From assembly GCA_000165425.1 (NCBI GenBank), contig CT868108.1:248001-312000 (forward strand): a DNA stretch of 64,000 bases. Reading direction: 5' to 3'. Origin of the DNA: Paramecium tetraurelia (taxonomy: Eukaryota). Below the pieces are notes generated by a model. That model was given only the letters and a program-made list of their open reading frames with translations, had not been told where the DNA came from and made no database searches. Made by a program: the position numbers and the translations under genes. Numbering within the stretch: position 1 is the stretch's first letter; each line of letters begins with the position of its first letter. Shown here piece after piece: positions 1-11,111 of the stretch.

Positions 1-1
1 A

Positions 2-112
2 TCAGGATGTTAAGTGCCTGAATGGTTATTCCAATTACCAATTGCCAAGAAAGAACTTAAAAAAAAGAGAGAACGTTTCCCTGTTAAAAGAGAAAATATA
101 GAAGATTAATGA
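2..112 (+). CDS. 3' end of a DEAD-box RNA helicase (DDX52/Rok1-like C-terminus), partial
   Basis: Code-6 translation SGCQVPEWLFQLPIAKKELKKKRERFPVKRENIEDQ-TGA; the xGxxVPEWL motif plus basic tail is typical of DEAD-box helicase C-termini. Confidence 0.6.
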
Positions 113-212
113 TGTATATTTCATTTGTAAATTACGATATAATAAGTTCTGTAGTGTATTTTAAAAGCATTTATATAATTCCATAATGATATAAAAAATA
201 GTATAAATTGTA

Positions 213-1533
213 TCAATTTAAACATGCTTTTGTATCTAACCATCTTACTTTAGCTTAAACTATGGAATTACTTTTTATACCGAATTAATACAAAGTTTAG
301 ACTCTATCTCTTTAATTATTGTATTAATGTCCATTTATAAAAAGATCAAGTGCAACTTAAGACCTAAAGATTGTATGTTATTTAAGTGTTACATGTCAAG
401 GGATAAATAATTTAAAATAAATATAGCTAACTTTTCAATTTGAGTATTAGGATTAAAATGATCAACAAAGGATCTTTTATAAACACCTTCCAATATCTCG
501 ATTTTTAATTCTATTAATTATTAAACACTTAATTATGACTATTCATATGTAAATAAACATACTTGATCGTATTGATGGAATATTTAATTTGTCTAATTCA
601 TCGATTAACCATAATTTAAAGTATCAAAAGTAGTCTAAAATAGATTTTAAGTATTAAAGATGCCATTTGTAGTAGTGATAAGCAATTATTCACCAACTAT
701 GTCATTTACTGTAGAATTAAACTCCAGATTTTTATTTAATTATAAAGAATGACATGTCCATTACTATATATCTCCTTATAATCTGATTATTCAATTTTAA
801 GTATACTTTAAATATTTTTAAATAAATCGCACTATTTCAATGATTTTGGAATCTGATTACACTTCCATAGCCAAATGAACATTTAATCCAGCCTATATTC
901 GTTTTTGAATATAAATTTCATCCGTGGCAATGATGAAATTATCCATTTACAAATCTAAAAGCTTCTCGTTTGGCTTCAGGTGTTGATTGTAGTCTTAGGA
1001 ATAACATCTCCAATTCTAATAATTTTCAGTAAGTCTAATGATATTTTTTAATTTACGAATATTTGTTACGAATATGGGTGAATAAATCATGGACCTAAAA
1101 TTAATTAGTTACTTTCAAAATGAAGCGAATATTCTAAGGTTGAATAGTGAGTGCAATCGATTTTTGTTTTTCAATATGCTTTTAACAAACAATAATGAAT
1201 AACTCGTCATCCATATTTCCAACTTCATCATTGCCCCCTAATTTTATATTCCTATTGTATGAATAGCAACTCCACATATTTGTATCTCCTAATAAACTAA
1301 CTTAATATTATAATCTACTGCTCGTTTTCTTTAAAATAGTTCAGCATTTAATTCACAGTTACATTTGTCTCCATCTCAAGATTAAAGGGACTATTGTAAG
1401 GAATCAGCAGCACATTCTTTCGTATAATCATAAATCTGCTAATTCTATTATAAAAATATTGTAAGGAATTATACTCATCAATAATAGACTAAAATGATGA
1501 GTTTAATAATTAATAGATTTTAATCTTATTCAT
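213..1533 (-). CDS. Multi-ubiquitin-like-domain protein (3 WxC[YH]S-type repeats, Q/N-rich linker, terminal Ubl without GG)
   Basis: Repeats LLGDTNMWSCYS, LTENYQNWRCYS, LQGDIQQWTCHS, each preceded by a phase-2 micro-intron; C-terminal domain ...LDLFINGHQYNNQRDRVQTLYQFGIKSNSIVQAKVRWLDTKACLN-TGA. Homologous by eye to 14881-15473. Confidence 0.7.
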
Positions 1534-1603
1534 TTTTTACCCTTCATTAATCTCTTATGAAAATGAAGAGGAAGGTTGATTTAATAAATTATTATTTAAT
1601 AAA

Positions 1604-2239
1604 ATGGTAAAAGAATAAAAACCAAGTAAAATAGCAAATAAACATAGAAATATATAGGACTGAAAATAAATTTGATACTTATATGACAAAGGATGCATTT
1701 TGTAAATTTATCTCAGATGAATTAATTGCCAAAGATGGATTGAAAGAAAACTTTTAATTTCAGAATTACAAAGTAATTTTTGGTTTGTTTATGATTGTAA
1801 ATGTAATCTATTCACATTATCACTTCATACCATATCCTCAAGATTACTATATATTGATAGCATGCATCATATTGTAAATTTGATTATACACGTGTATTAG
1901 TTATTATGTATCTACATACATTTATTAATGGTTTGAGAAAGTCAAAGAAGGAGATATTTTTATACTGTATGATGTAATGAAATTAAATAATTGTCAGGAC
2001 AAGAAAACCAGAAAGACATTTGGATTTGGAGCATCATAAGAATTATATTAGAAATTTGTTGTTTTAAGAATTTATAGTATGCCACACAAAGCCTTAGTAA
2101 ATAGATAATAGATTAATAATTCTAGTTAGTTGAGCGTAAAATTGACAGTGCCGAATATCTTGATGTGAAAGGTTATATTGTACAACCAAAGATGAGAGGT
2201 CTTATTAATGAGTTATTATAAGAGGCCAATAAGAAATGA
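1604..2239 (+). CDS. SPCS2: Signal peptidase complex subunit 2 (SPC25 family)
   Basis: LKENFQFQNYKVIFGLFMIV...PYPQDYYILIACIIFYYVSTYIYQWFEKVKEGDIF...AEYLDVKGYIV matches the two-TM SPC25 pattern; several micro-introns; TGA at 2237-2239. Confidence 0.75.
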
Positions 2240-2324
2240 TTAATTGTTATTGTTATCATTATAAGAAATATATGTATCAATAACAAAGGAAAAAATATTA
2301 TTAATATAATTAGAAAATAAATAA

Positions 2325-2905
2325 TCATGACTATTATTATTGTTCTAATTATTCTTGATTTGGATCTTCTTGTTTGAGAACTTCATTATCGCCTTATTCT
2401 CTTCTCTTTTAATTGTATTTGTTGATATAACAATTCTAACATAATCCTTCTAAAAGTTATTAATAAATAATTATTACAAGCGTATAATTTATCGTGTCCA
2501 CAGATCCAAGGCTTCTTAGTTCTACCGTATTTATGATAACAATTATTGCACATACCCTTCGCATAATGTTCTTTTTCAGGATGTCCGCAATTATTATTAC
2601 GTTTACTTCTAAAACGATATTTAGAAATAGATACATCTTTTTTGACTTTTGTACTACTTAGACTTATTAAGTTTGTGATTACTGGACAGTTTTCATCTAG
2701 GATGCCATGAGCTAATTAATTAGGAAGAATAAGTACTAGATTAGAAAAAATAGTGTTTTAAAGCAAATTTAGTTATTCTTCCTTTTCTTTTGGTTAGGGA
2801 ATGGCGTTCTTATTGTTGCACATCTGGAAATTGAGTCTAAACACTAAACTGGTTATGAATTGTCATACAATTAGCTCCTGCCAATAACTGGTTGATAATA
2901 TTCAT
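2325..2905 (-). CDS. Small protein with two tandem C-x-H...YAxG[ML]CxxCY putative zinc fingers
   Basis: NNCGHPEKEHYAKGMCNNCYHKYGRTKKPWICGHDKLYAQGLCQNCYINKY after removal of short GT-AG introns. Confidence 0.75.
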
Positions 2906-2936
2906 AAAGATTTGATGAAAAAATAATATTATTATT

Positions 2937-3720
2937 TCAAATCAATGTCACACTCTTAATTGGTACCATGAATCTAAGAATAACGTATGATAACTACTTT
3001 ATGTCGTCATATGAAACTAAGGCGCTGTCATTTTCACTCAATGCTCTTTTAAATATTATTAATCAATTACATAGACCCAACATGTATAGTTCTTGATGTA
3101 TTCACATGAATTACTACATATTAATTAACATCTGGCTTTTGTACATCTATATAACATCGAACTTGATTTTACTGATTTTATCATCCTATTAACTTTATTG
3201 CGATTAATTTTGATTATCCAATCTCACTCCAAAGTTTCTCTAAGTTTTCTGATAATATTATAAACAATTTGTGAATAAATAGTCTGCTTGTTTTTCAACC
3301 AATGTTTTTAAGAATTCTTTCTCTCTCAAACTCATTTGATATTCTCCAATATTGTTATAATAATAGAACGCATTTGAGATCAACTTTTACATTCTTGTTC
3401 TTAAATATTATTGATAAAAATATTAGATCCTCTCCAATTCAATTACATGCAGTGTCAAATATTGAGTATCTCGTTATTTATTATGCTTAGACAATTCTCT
3501 CTTTAGATCTTGGATTGATTCCAACTACCCTTTTAAAGTATCCTGAATTTTCGAAACATCAAAATATGGCAACAATTCAGGACTTAGTATTTCTTATTGA
3601 ACCCAATATATTAAATCAAATATGTCTTGATTTACATCTCTTTGTCCCACCTTCCTATTATACTATAATTCTTACTTATTGTAAGGAATTAAAAGGTAAG
3701 TCTTATGTAGGTATGATCAT
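2937..3720 (-). CDS. SLD5: GINS complex subunit Sld5 (GINS4)
   Basis: WVQQEILSPELLPY, IELERIQYFYQQYLRTRMQKL, MSLREKEF and KPDVNQYVVIHV reproduce Sld5 motifs in order. Confidence 0.8.
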
Positions 3721-4041
3721 AATTTTAATTATATTTTTAAAAGACTCTTATTCAAAATGATAACAAATTAAATACAGATATGCGATTACAATGAATAGCA
3801 ATATCATATTCATAATCATTCCATTTTTATAGATTATGATACTTTTATATCCTATTAAAATTGATCATCTATAACTAATTTGATGGTAAAGCATCTCCCT
3901 TCATTAGATACAACATTAAAATTTATGTATTATAATTAATATGTAAAATCAATAAGTAATTGTCTAATTACACTATTAATAAATATTAGATTTATTATTT
4001 TATATTATTTATTCATAATATTATTAAGCCATATCCTATAT

Positions 4042-6175
4042 TTATTTAAAAAGAATATATTATGTAAAATTACTTACAGCAAGTTCAATAAATGCTAAAA
4101 ATACAAAAATTTCAAAAGATGTGGAATTATTGTTGTTAGTTTTATGAATTTGGAATACTTCATCCGACTTTAAATATTCTGTTAGGAATTGAATTTAGTG
4201 CACTTGCCACAACACCATCCAGTTTTATCTAACTGTTATTGTCAAAACATTTTTATTTGCCCTAAAATTATCTAACTCCAACTTAAAAAAAAGAATTTGA
4301 TGAGATGCTTTAGAAGAGTGATGAATTTGATCAAAGGAATTTAGGGTATATTTGAACATCTAAATTAATAGGACAGTTTTAGGAATGATTGTGTTAGGAG
4401 CAATAGGATTTTTTGTTTTTGGATTTGCTTTAGTAGGTGGAATTGGAGGAGGTGTATTAGGAGTTGTAGGAGGTCATTAAGTAGGAAAGAGAATTAAGAA
4501 GACTTTATAAAATAAATAGGATGTAAAGGAAATAGATATTTATGACATAAAAGTAAGAACTATTTTAAAATGGGCATATTTACAGAAAAAGTAATACTGT
4601 TATAATATGAATCTCCAAAGATTTGTTATTGAAAAAATCCTAACTGAAATTAAGATAGCTCTACATTTAAAGTATTTTTCAACTAACAACTAAACTCAAC
4701 TTTAGAATCTATTGAAAAAGACCTTTTTATTCCTTAATCAAGATTTGTATTTGTGTTCGATAGAATTAAGCTTATTATTGTTGGAGGAATAATTAAAGAT
4801 TTTAAGATATTATAGTTAGTAGGATTAAAATGTGTGTCTGAATCAAGAGGAAATGAAATTGCTTAATCAATAAATTAATTAGAGAAATCAACTGGAAATC
4901 TCTGTGTTGAAAGCCATAGACAATGTAATAAAACCTGTAGTAACATTATTTTCAAATTAACTACCTAATTATAAATAGCCATAGATAATTAAAAAGGCAA
5001 GAGAATTCCTTTATTCAAATGAGATTGTTCAATTGTCTAAGTAATTCCCTGATCCATAAATGAGTATCTATTATATAAAGATGCTGAGTTCATAATTAAA
5101 TTTAAGTGTAAATACAACAAATCTCAAATTATATGTTTAACAATAAAACTTCAGAAATTTGGAGAATGTTGGTTAAGATATTTAATGCATTATGCAGAAA
5201 TAGAATGCAAATTAGAATAGATTATAGGAGGAAGAAATAAAAATAAATATAGAACAAGTTCAAATTGAAGAATAATAGTGTGATGTCATCATTTAAAATA
5301 ATGAATCTTAAATTGAACTAGAAAAAATTGTAGAATAAAACCCTTAAGATATTAAATTAAAGTTACATTCTCACCCAAATAAAATCTATTTCACCAAAAT
5401 TGATCCTAAATGCAACATAAATTCAACTCCATATCAATCTTATGAAGATATAATTAATAATCCAGAAAAAGAAAAATAATTCTCGAGATACCCTTAACAC
5501 TATTGTTAATAATCAATTAAAAAATTTGATTTATTTTTAAATTTGATACATGAACCTACTGACAAATGGGATTTGGCAATTAACAATAAGGATGCATAAA
5601 TTTACAAAACTATGAAGGAAGGCTCTGACAACGTGTTTATTAAAGGCTTTTGTATTATTAAAAATGTAATAATTATTTATTTAAGTTTGATAGACCTCTT
5701 TAGAATTAGCCTTGAGAGTCGTTTACGACATTAAATTAAGGAGAGAATGGTATTTAATAAAAATTAACTAAATAGGGATAAATTACTAAGAGATTTCTAA
5801 ATTATAAAAACTGAATCTGAAGATATTGATATATTGGCATATTATGTTCAACCTCCAATAAGTCTCGTCACTCCTAGAGAATGGGTTTAAAGAAGAATTT
5901 TGAGATACGATTTTCCAGAAAAAGGGTAGATCACTTTAATATTCTATTCTATTGATTATCCTTAGCATCCAGTCAATAGAAATAGAATTAGAGCACACAC
6001 AGAAATATCATCCATGATTTTCGAGGCTTATGAATAAAACAATGTAAAAATCTCGATTTGTTCTAACAATGATATTAAAGGATATATTCCAAAAATGATC
6101 GTTAATAGAGCAAGTGCTAGTGGACCTATAGATTGGTTTAAGAGTTTATAAGAAGCCTGTAATAAATATAGATGA
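4042..6175 (+). CDS. START (lipid-binding) domain protein with N-terminal glycine-rich transmembrane segment; start approximate
   Basis: LGMIVLGAIGFFVFGFALVGGIGGGVLGVVGG near 4380-4475; C-terminal WDKLLRDFQII...PPISLVTPREWVQRR...PVNRNRIRA...DIKGYIPKMIVN is a START domain; TGA 6173-6175. Confidence 0.8.
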
Positions 6176-6274
6176 TTTTTTCCATTATTTTTATATGAAT
6201 AGCTGTGTATTATAAAGAAACAAAAAAAATTGAAAAATTAAATAATTGACATAATTAAATTTTAATATTTCTAA

Positions 6275-7166
6275 ATGACAAAGGCAGAAAAAGCAGCAAT
6301 AATGTTTGGATTAGGATCCACTGCTATTTTGGCTATTTATTCAATTGTGAAGCCAAGAATAAGTCAGGGATCATTAAATACTGAAAGTTTAATTTAGAGA
6401 AGGAATGCAATTCTAAATAAGGATAATATGAGAGTTCTATATAGTACAATGACATTCTTCTATTTGCAGGGATATAAGAAGACAGGAGAAGACTTAGCAT
6501 AATTGAAGGAAGTGCTGGATGTTGCTAAACCTAAATTAGTAGCATTATAAATCTCAGAAAAACAATTAGAAGAGGATTATAGACCTATACTTAGGAATCC
6601 ACACTTGTAGGAAATAATGAAGAAAGTAGATTACCATTTAAAAACAAATCCTGGAGAAGTGACTAAGATGAAAGAGCTTGATTTCTATGCAGGATTAGAG
6701 AATATCTATGCAATGCATTATTGTTAATAAAATAGCTGTAAAGTATGAAATGTTTTAATTATAGATAATTCCAGCAGATGAACATCCATCATTTTATGAT
6801 TAATTGTATAATTAGAAAATAGGATTAAAAGAAGTCACTAAAAGTGGAAAGGTTGAAATACCAGAGAACTTGAAATAATTATATTAGTCATATGATATGA
6901 GTGATCTTGAAAAGACAGAGGAAGACATTAAAGAAGATATTTATATCAAAAAGAGAGCTGATGTCTTTGTTGATAAAATTGTGCATGAATTAACTCCAAC
7001 ATTTAATATCATTCCAGATGTTCCTTATAAGGTTTTGGTTGGGATTGTTGATCCGAAATTGTAAAACACAATTGCAAAAGAATGGAAATAGAGATTTCTA
7101 AGCATTTATGGACATTAAATTCTAGAAGATGAATAGCATAGTCAATAAGAATCATAGATTCAATGA
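6275..7166 (+). CDS. Divergent TraB/TRABD-like protein with N-terminal hydrophobic anchor
   Basis: LKEVLDVAKPKLVALQI, GLENIYAMHYCQQNSCKIIPAD, KRADVFVDKI and VLVGIVD...IAKEW follow the TraB motif order, but the conserved residues are degenerate. Confidence 0.5.
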
Positions 7167-7214
7167 TTAATATCTTTATATTATTATAATCATTTATTTT
7201 AATCAACTTAATTT

Positions 7215-8137
7215 ATGCAATAAGTTTAGATCCACAATTAAGATGATGATCCAACTTAACGCAAATTGGAAAAGAAATAAGGGTTTATCTCTAAATTAAA
7301 GAAGATGCTTCTTGTATATTAATTTTATTTACTTAGGATTAAAAGTTCAAGGATATCATATACGTTCTAGAATCCAATGATGGATTCATAATCCTGAATC
7401 TCCAAAAATTTATTGATCACGCATTACCAGAATATTGTAAACATATTAACTACCAGAGTTTTAGAAGGTTATGATAATTTTCTAAAATCTAGGTAACTGA
7501 ATTATTATGGATTTAAATGTTTAAATAAAGAGAAAAATAGTGTTGAGTACGTTAATAAATAATTCAATATTCATTCGGAAACATAGATTAAAAAAATTAT
7601 AAATTAAAATTCAGAAGCCAATGTCTTTGTTTCCTAGTTTAATCAATTAGAAGAACTAAGATTAAATTAATTACATTTGCATAAACAAATTGAAGAAATT
7701 AAAAAATAATAACAAAAAATTCTAAAGAATACATAATAAAACTTAATTGTAACATTTGATTAAATTTCAATAGAAATATTTACAATCATAAATTAGAAGC
7801 GAATTTCGTAGGTAAAATATGTAACACTTTTGTGTAAAATTCTATTAAAGCATTAGCAATCCATATTTTAGTATATTATTGTAATATTAAAGAACAATTT
7901 TTTGATAAAAACTTTTTAAATGCAGCAAAGTAAACATAATATGCTTATGATGACGATTTCTTTATCAAGCATTTCTTTCAATACTAACCAATTCAACTTT
8001 TTTGTAATAAGAATTAAGAAAAAGATTCTAATAATATGAAGGATTAGATTAATTAATGTTCTACATTTTAGAATGATGAAAACCCATTTGATGAAAAATT
8101 AAGTGTTAGCAATCTTAGTGCTTACTTCGATTTATGA
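7215..8137 (+). CDS. HSF-type DNA-binding domain transcription factor
   Basis: FISKLKKML...DGFIILNLQKFIDHALPEYCKHINYQSFRRQLNYYGFK followed by a coiled coil. Confidence 0.85.
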
Positions 8138-8346
8138 TTAATATTATTTATTTGTGATGAATGCGTTAATATCATAATCATAACTTGAATAATAAACTAA
8201 ATTTATTCACATGTTTGAAATTTAAGAATTATTTATTTTCTATCTATTGTGAATCTTTAGACAATTGTAGTAGAATAATAACATAATTCTTTTATTTTGA
8301 TGTAAATATTTATAAAAAATGTGCATACTCTTCTCTTAATACAAAA

Positions 8347-9537
8347 TGTATTTAGAAAATAATGTGTAATGATCTATTTTTGATTATGTAATAAAATTAT
8401 AAAAACATAATTTTCTAAATGCTCTCACTAAATCTCAAACCTCTTTACAAAGAAATTTCCATAGAATACTATTACTCTAACAGAATTATATGTCAGTCTC
8501 AGAAATTAATTTTAGTAATAAATCTAGATTTATAAATATATTGGAATAAAATATTGAGGAATAGATATGCTTTTCGGAAACTAGAAGAAAAACACTAAAT
8601 AATAATGATTATTTTTAGGAACAAATCGATTAAAAGTTGATAATTTTTACATGTACATCTTTATGTCCATAACAGAACTAATTCAGAAATTAAGATATAA
8701 AAGAATTAGCTTTAGCTGAATGCGGTCTATTATTTGAAAAGTTATTTATTACCAATATTTAGAAATTCTGAAATAACTATTCACAATTTTGGCTAGTCAC
8801 TACATACAACTGATGAAAAGTCATATACTATAGAAAAATGAAGCTTCGTAATAACGCGACTCTTGGGGTTAAGATAAATAACAAGAATTGCGGAAGGTTG
8901 AATTAATTATCAAACTTGAATTAGAAGGAATAGTAGATTAAAAGAAATTATGACCGAAATATTTATAAAATATAAAATTCAAATTTGATGTAATTATAAG
9001 AAGTACATTTGAGTAATTGAATTAACTTTTATAAAAAATAGAATAAAATATAGATTTAGCCCAGAGTAGAGTTGATGAAATATCAGATTAAAATTAAAGT
9101 AAAATCTTTTTCTATAATAGGTTGATAACCTTAGTATCTAAATTAATAATATACTATCTATATGATAAACTTAGAAGTCATTATTAATTAGTCAATCAGA
9201 AAAGGATCACTTCCGAGGAGTTCATTTATATAAATACTTTAATAGAATAAGAAATACTTTCATCAAATTTATAAATTATTATTATGCAAGCCTCACTTTG
9301 CACCAATTTATGAAATGAATATTGAAATAACTTGGGAACGATTGAATATTGAAAATATATAGATTATTACCAAGGATTAGCAATCTTAACTACCGATTTC
9401 CGAATATTTAAATAAATTAAGTGAAGTTAGATGACAAATTAGAAAATTCTATCTATCATACGCTATATTTTGATTGCTTTAAAATTTAAATAGGATCAAT
9501 AATGAATAATTTTCTAAAAGTTTAGGTATTTTGTTGA
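8347..9537 (+). CDS. Hypothetical protein (boundaries uncertain)
   Basis: Long TGA-free code-6 frames with protein-like composition ending at TGA 9535-9537; no motif recognised. Confidence 0.3.
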
Positions 9538-9613
9538 AATGAAATTAAATTTTATAATAATTTTATCATCAATAGAATTAACCATATATACTTTATTTGC
9601 AATTATTATATTT

Positions 9614-10964
9614 TCATTAGATATGTTAATTGTTCATCATCAATTTATAAATCTAATCTGCATCTACTAGGGAATAATGATAATCGTCTTCTTCAACTTC
9701 ACTTTCGCTAGGTTCTTTATCAAAGAATTTAGTGTATTGACAATGGAACAGTTCTTTATCTAATTTGATTCTACCTCGTACAGTTTTAATCTTGTCCTTT
9801 TCTTTTTAATTTTAAGCTAATATCATCTTTTTCTTTTTTTCAATAGCCTTCATTTATTTCTTGGCAACATAAGGAGTTTTCTTTTTCAGTTGCCAACGAT
9901 TTTCTGGTTTTTATAGCTCTTATTATTTAACTTTTTCTTGAGTATCATTAAACTCCTTAACATTTACAATCAGATCTGCTTAATCATCTTTGGCTTGATT
10001 GTACCAACTATAAAATTTATGGTTTTAATCAGTGCTGCATAATTTATAAATTTCACTATCTTTAATTTGATTAATGTCATCCTTTGCAAATTAATTCTTG
10101 GGTAAGAATTTATTAACTTTAACTTCTACTAATAATACATCTTCATCTTCAGTGTGTTCGTCACTTGAAGCTTCTACCAAAGCAGTATTCCAAGATTTTA
10201 CTTTGGTAGGTTTCTTATATTTTTATTTAATTTCCTCATTAATTTCAAATAGATCAGTAAAATCATCATTAGGTCTGATCTCATTAAGTGAGATTAGTAT
10301 CATTGTATCTATAGTAAATATATGAAATAGTGCTTCTTGGAATCTTTCGACTGTTATAATTCTTAATACTTCTTGATTCAATAGATTTTAATCCAATTTG
10401 TAATTGTCAACCATGAAAGACATTACTTTAACTATTGTTTTACAACCTTTTATTAAGGCTATGGCTGACTTATTTTTGACAAGTTTGATATCCCTGCCAT
10501 TTAGTTCCATGATTCTTTTTTTGGTTATATCTCTAATCTAATCAATTTTAGGTTAGTTATAATCAGATAAACTGGCTATGCCTCTATTTAGATCACTTAA
10601 TTTGAACCAAAATAATTAATAATATTTTGAAGCCAAATATCCTTTGTCTCTTAGTTATCCTTACTTCTCATAAGCCTTCCTTATTTCTTCCCAATTGCAA
10701 CTATATTTGACACACATTCTCCAATGTTAAGCCATTTCTTCTTGGTTGAAAGGATCTCTATTAATTTTTGGATCTATTGCTTTCCATCTGGCATAGATCA
10801 TTGTTTATTGGGGAATGTCGAATTCATAAATCTATTTCATTTGTCTAGCGATATCTGCCCAACGAGCTTCTCCTACTGCCTCTACCATCGAGGCTAAAAT
10901 TTAATCAAACTAAATATATCATAATGAATACTCTTTCTGTGAATAGGGGATTACATCTTGGCAT
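9614..10964 (-). CDS. Myb/SANT-repeat protein with K/E-rich C-terminus
   Basis: FTERFDQILASMVEAVGEARWADIARQM...IYARWKAIDPKINRDPFNQEEMAQHWRMCVKYSCNWEEI: two Myb-like repeats. Confidence 0.75.
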
Positions 10965-11111
10965 TGTTTTAAAAAAAGAATTAATTCAATGCCTAATAAT
11001 TTTAGAGTTCTTTAGATATAAAATCATTTTAAAAATTAGTAACCAAAAAATTAAAATAAAAATTTAATTGATTATAAAATAATAAATTTGTATTTATATA
11101 ACTTATAAAAT

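Noticed and set aside
1095..1112. Apparent 18-nt GT..AG intron in the multi-Ubl gene
   Set aside because: It is in frame, shorter than the other introns, and its translation (VTNQFQ) keeps the repeat length, so it is probably coding.
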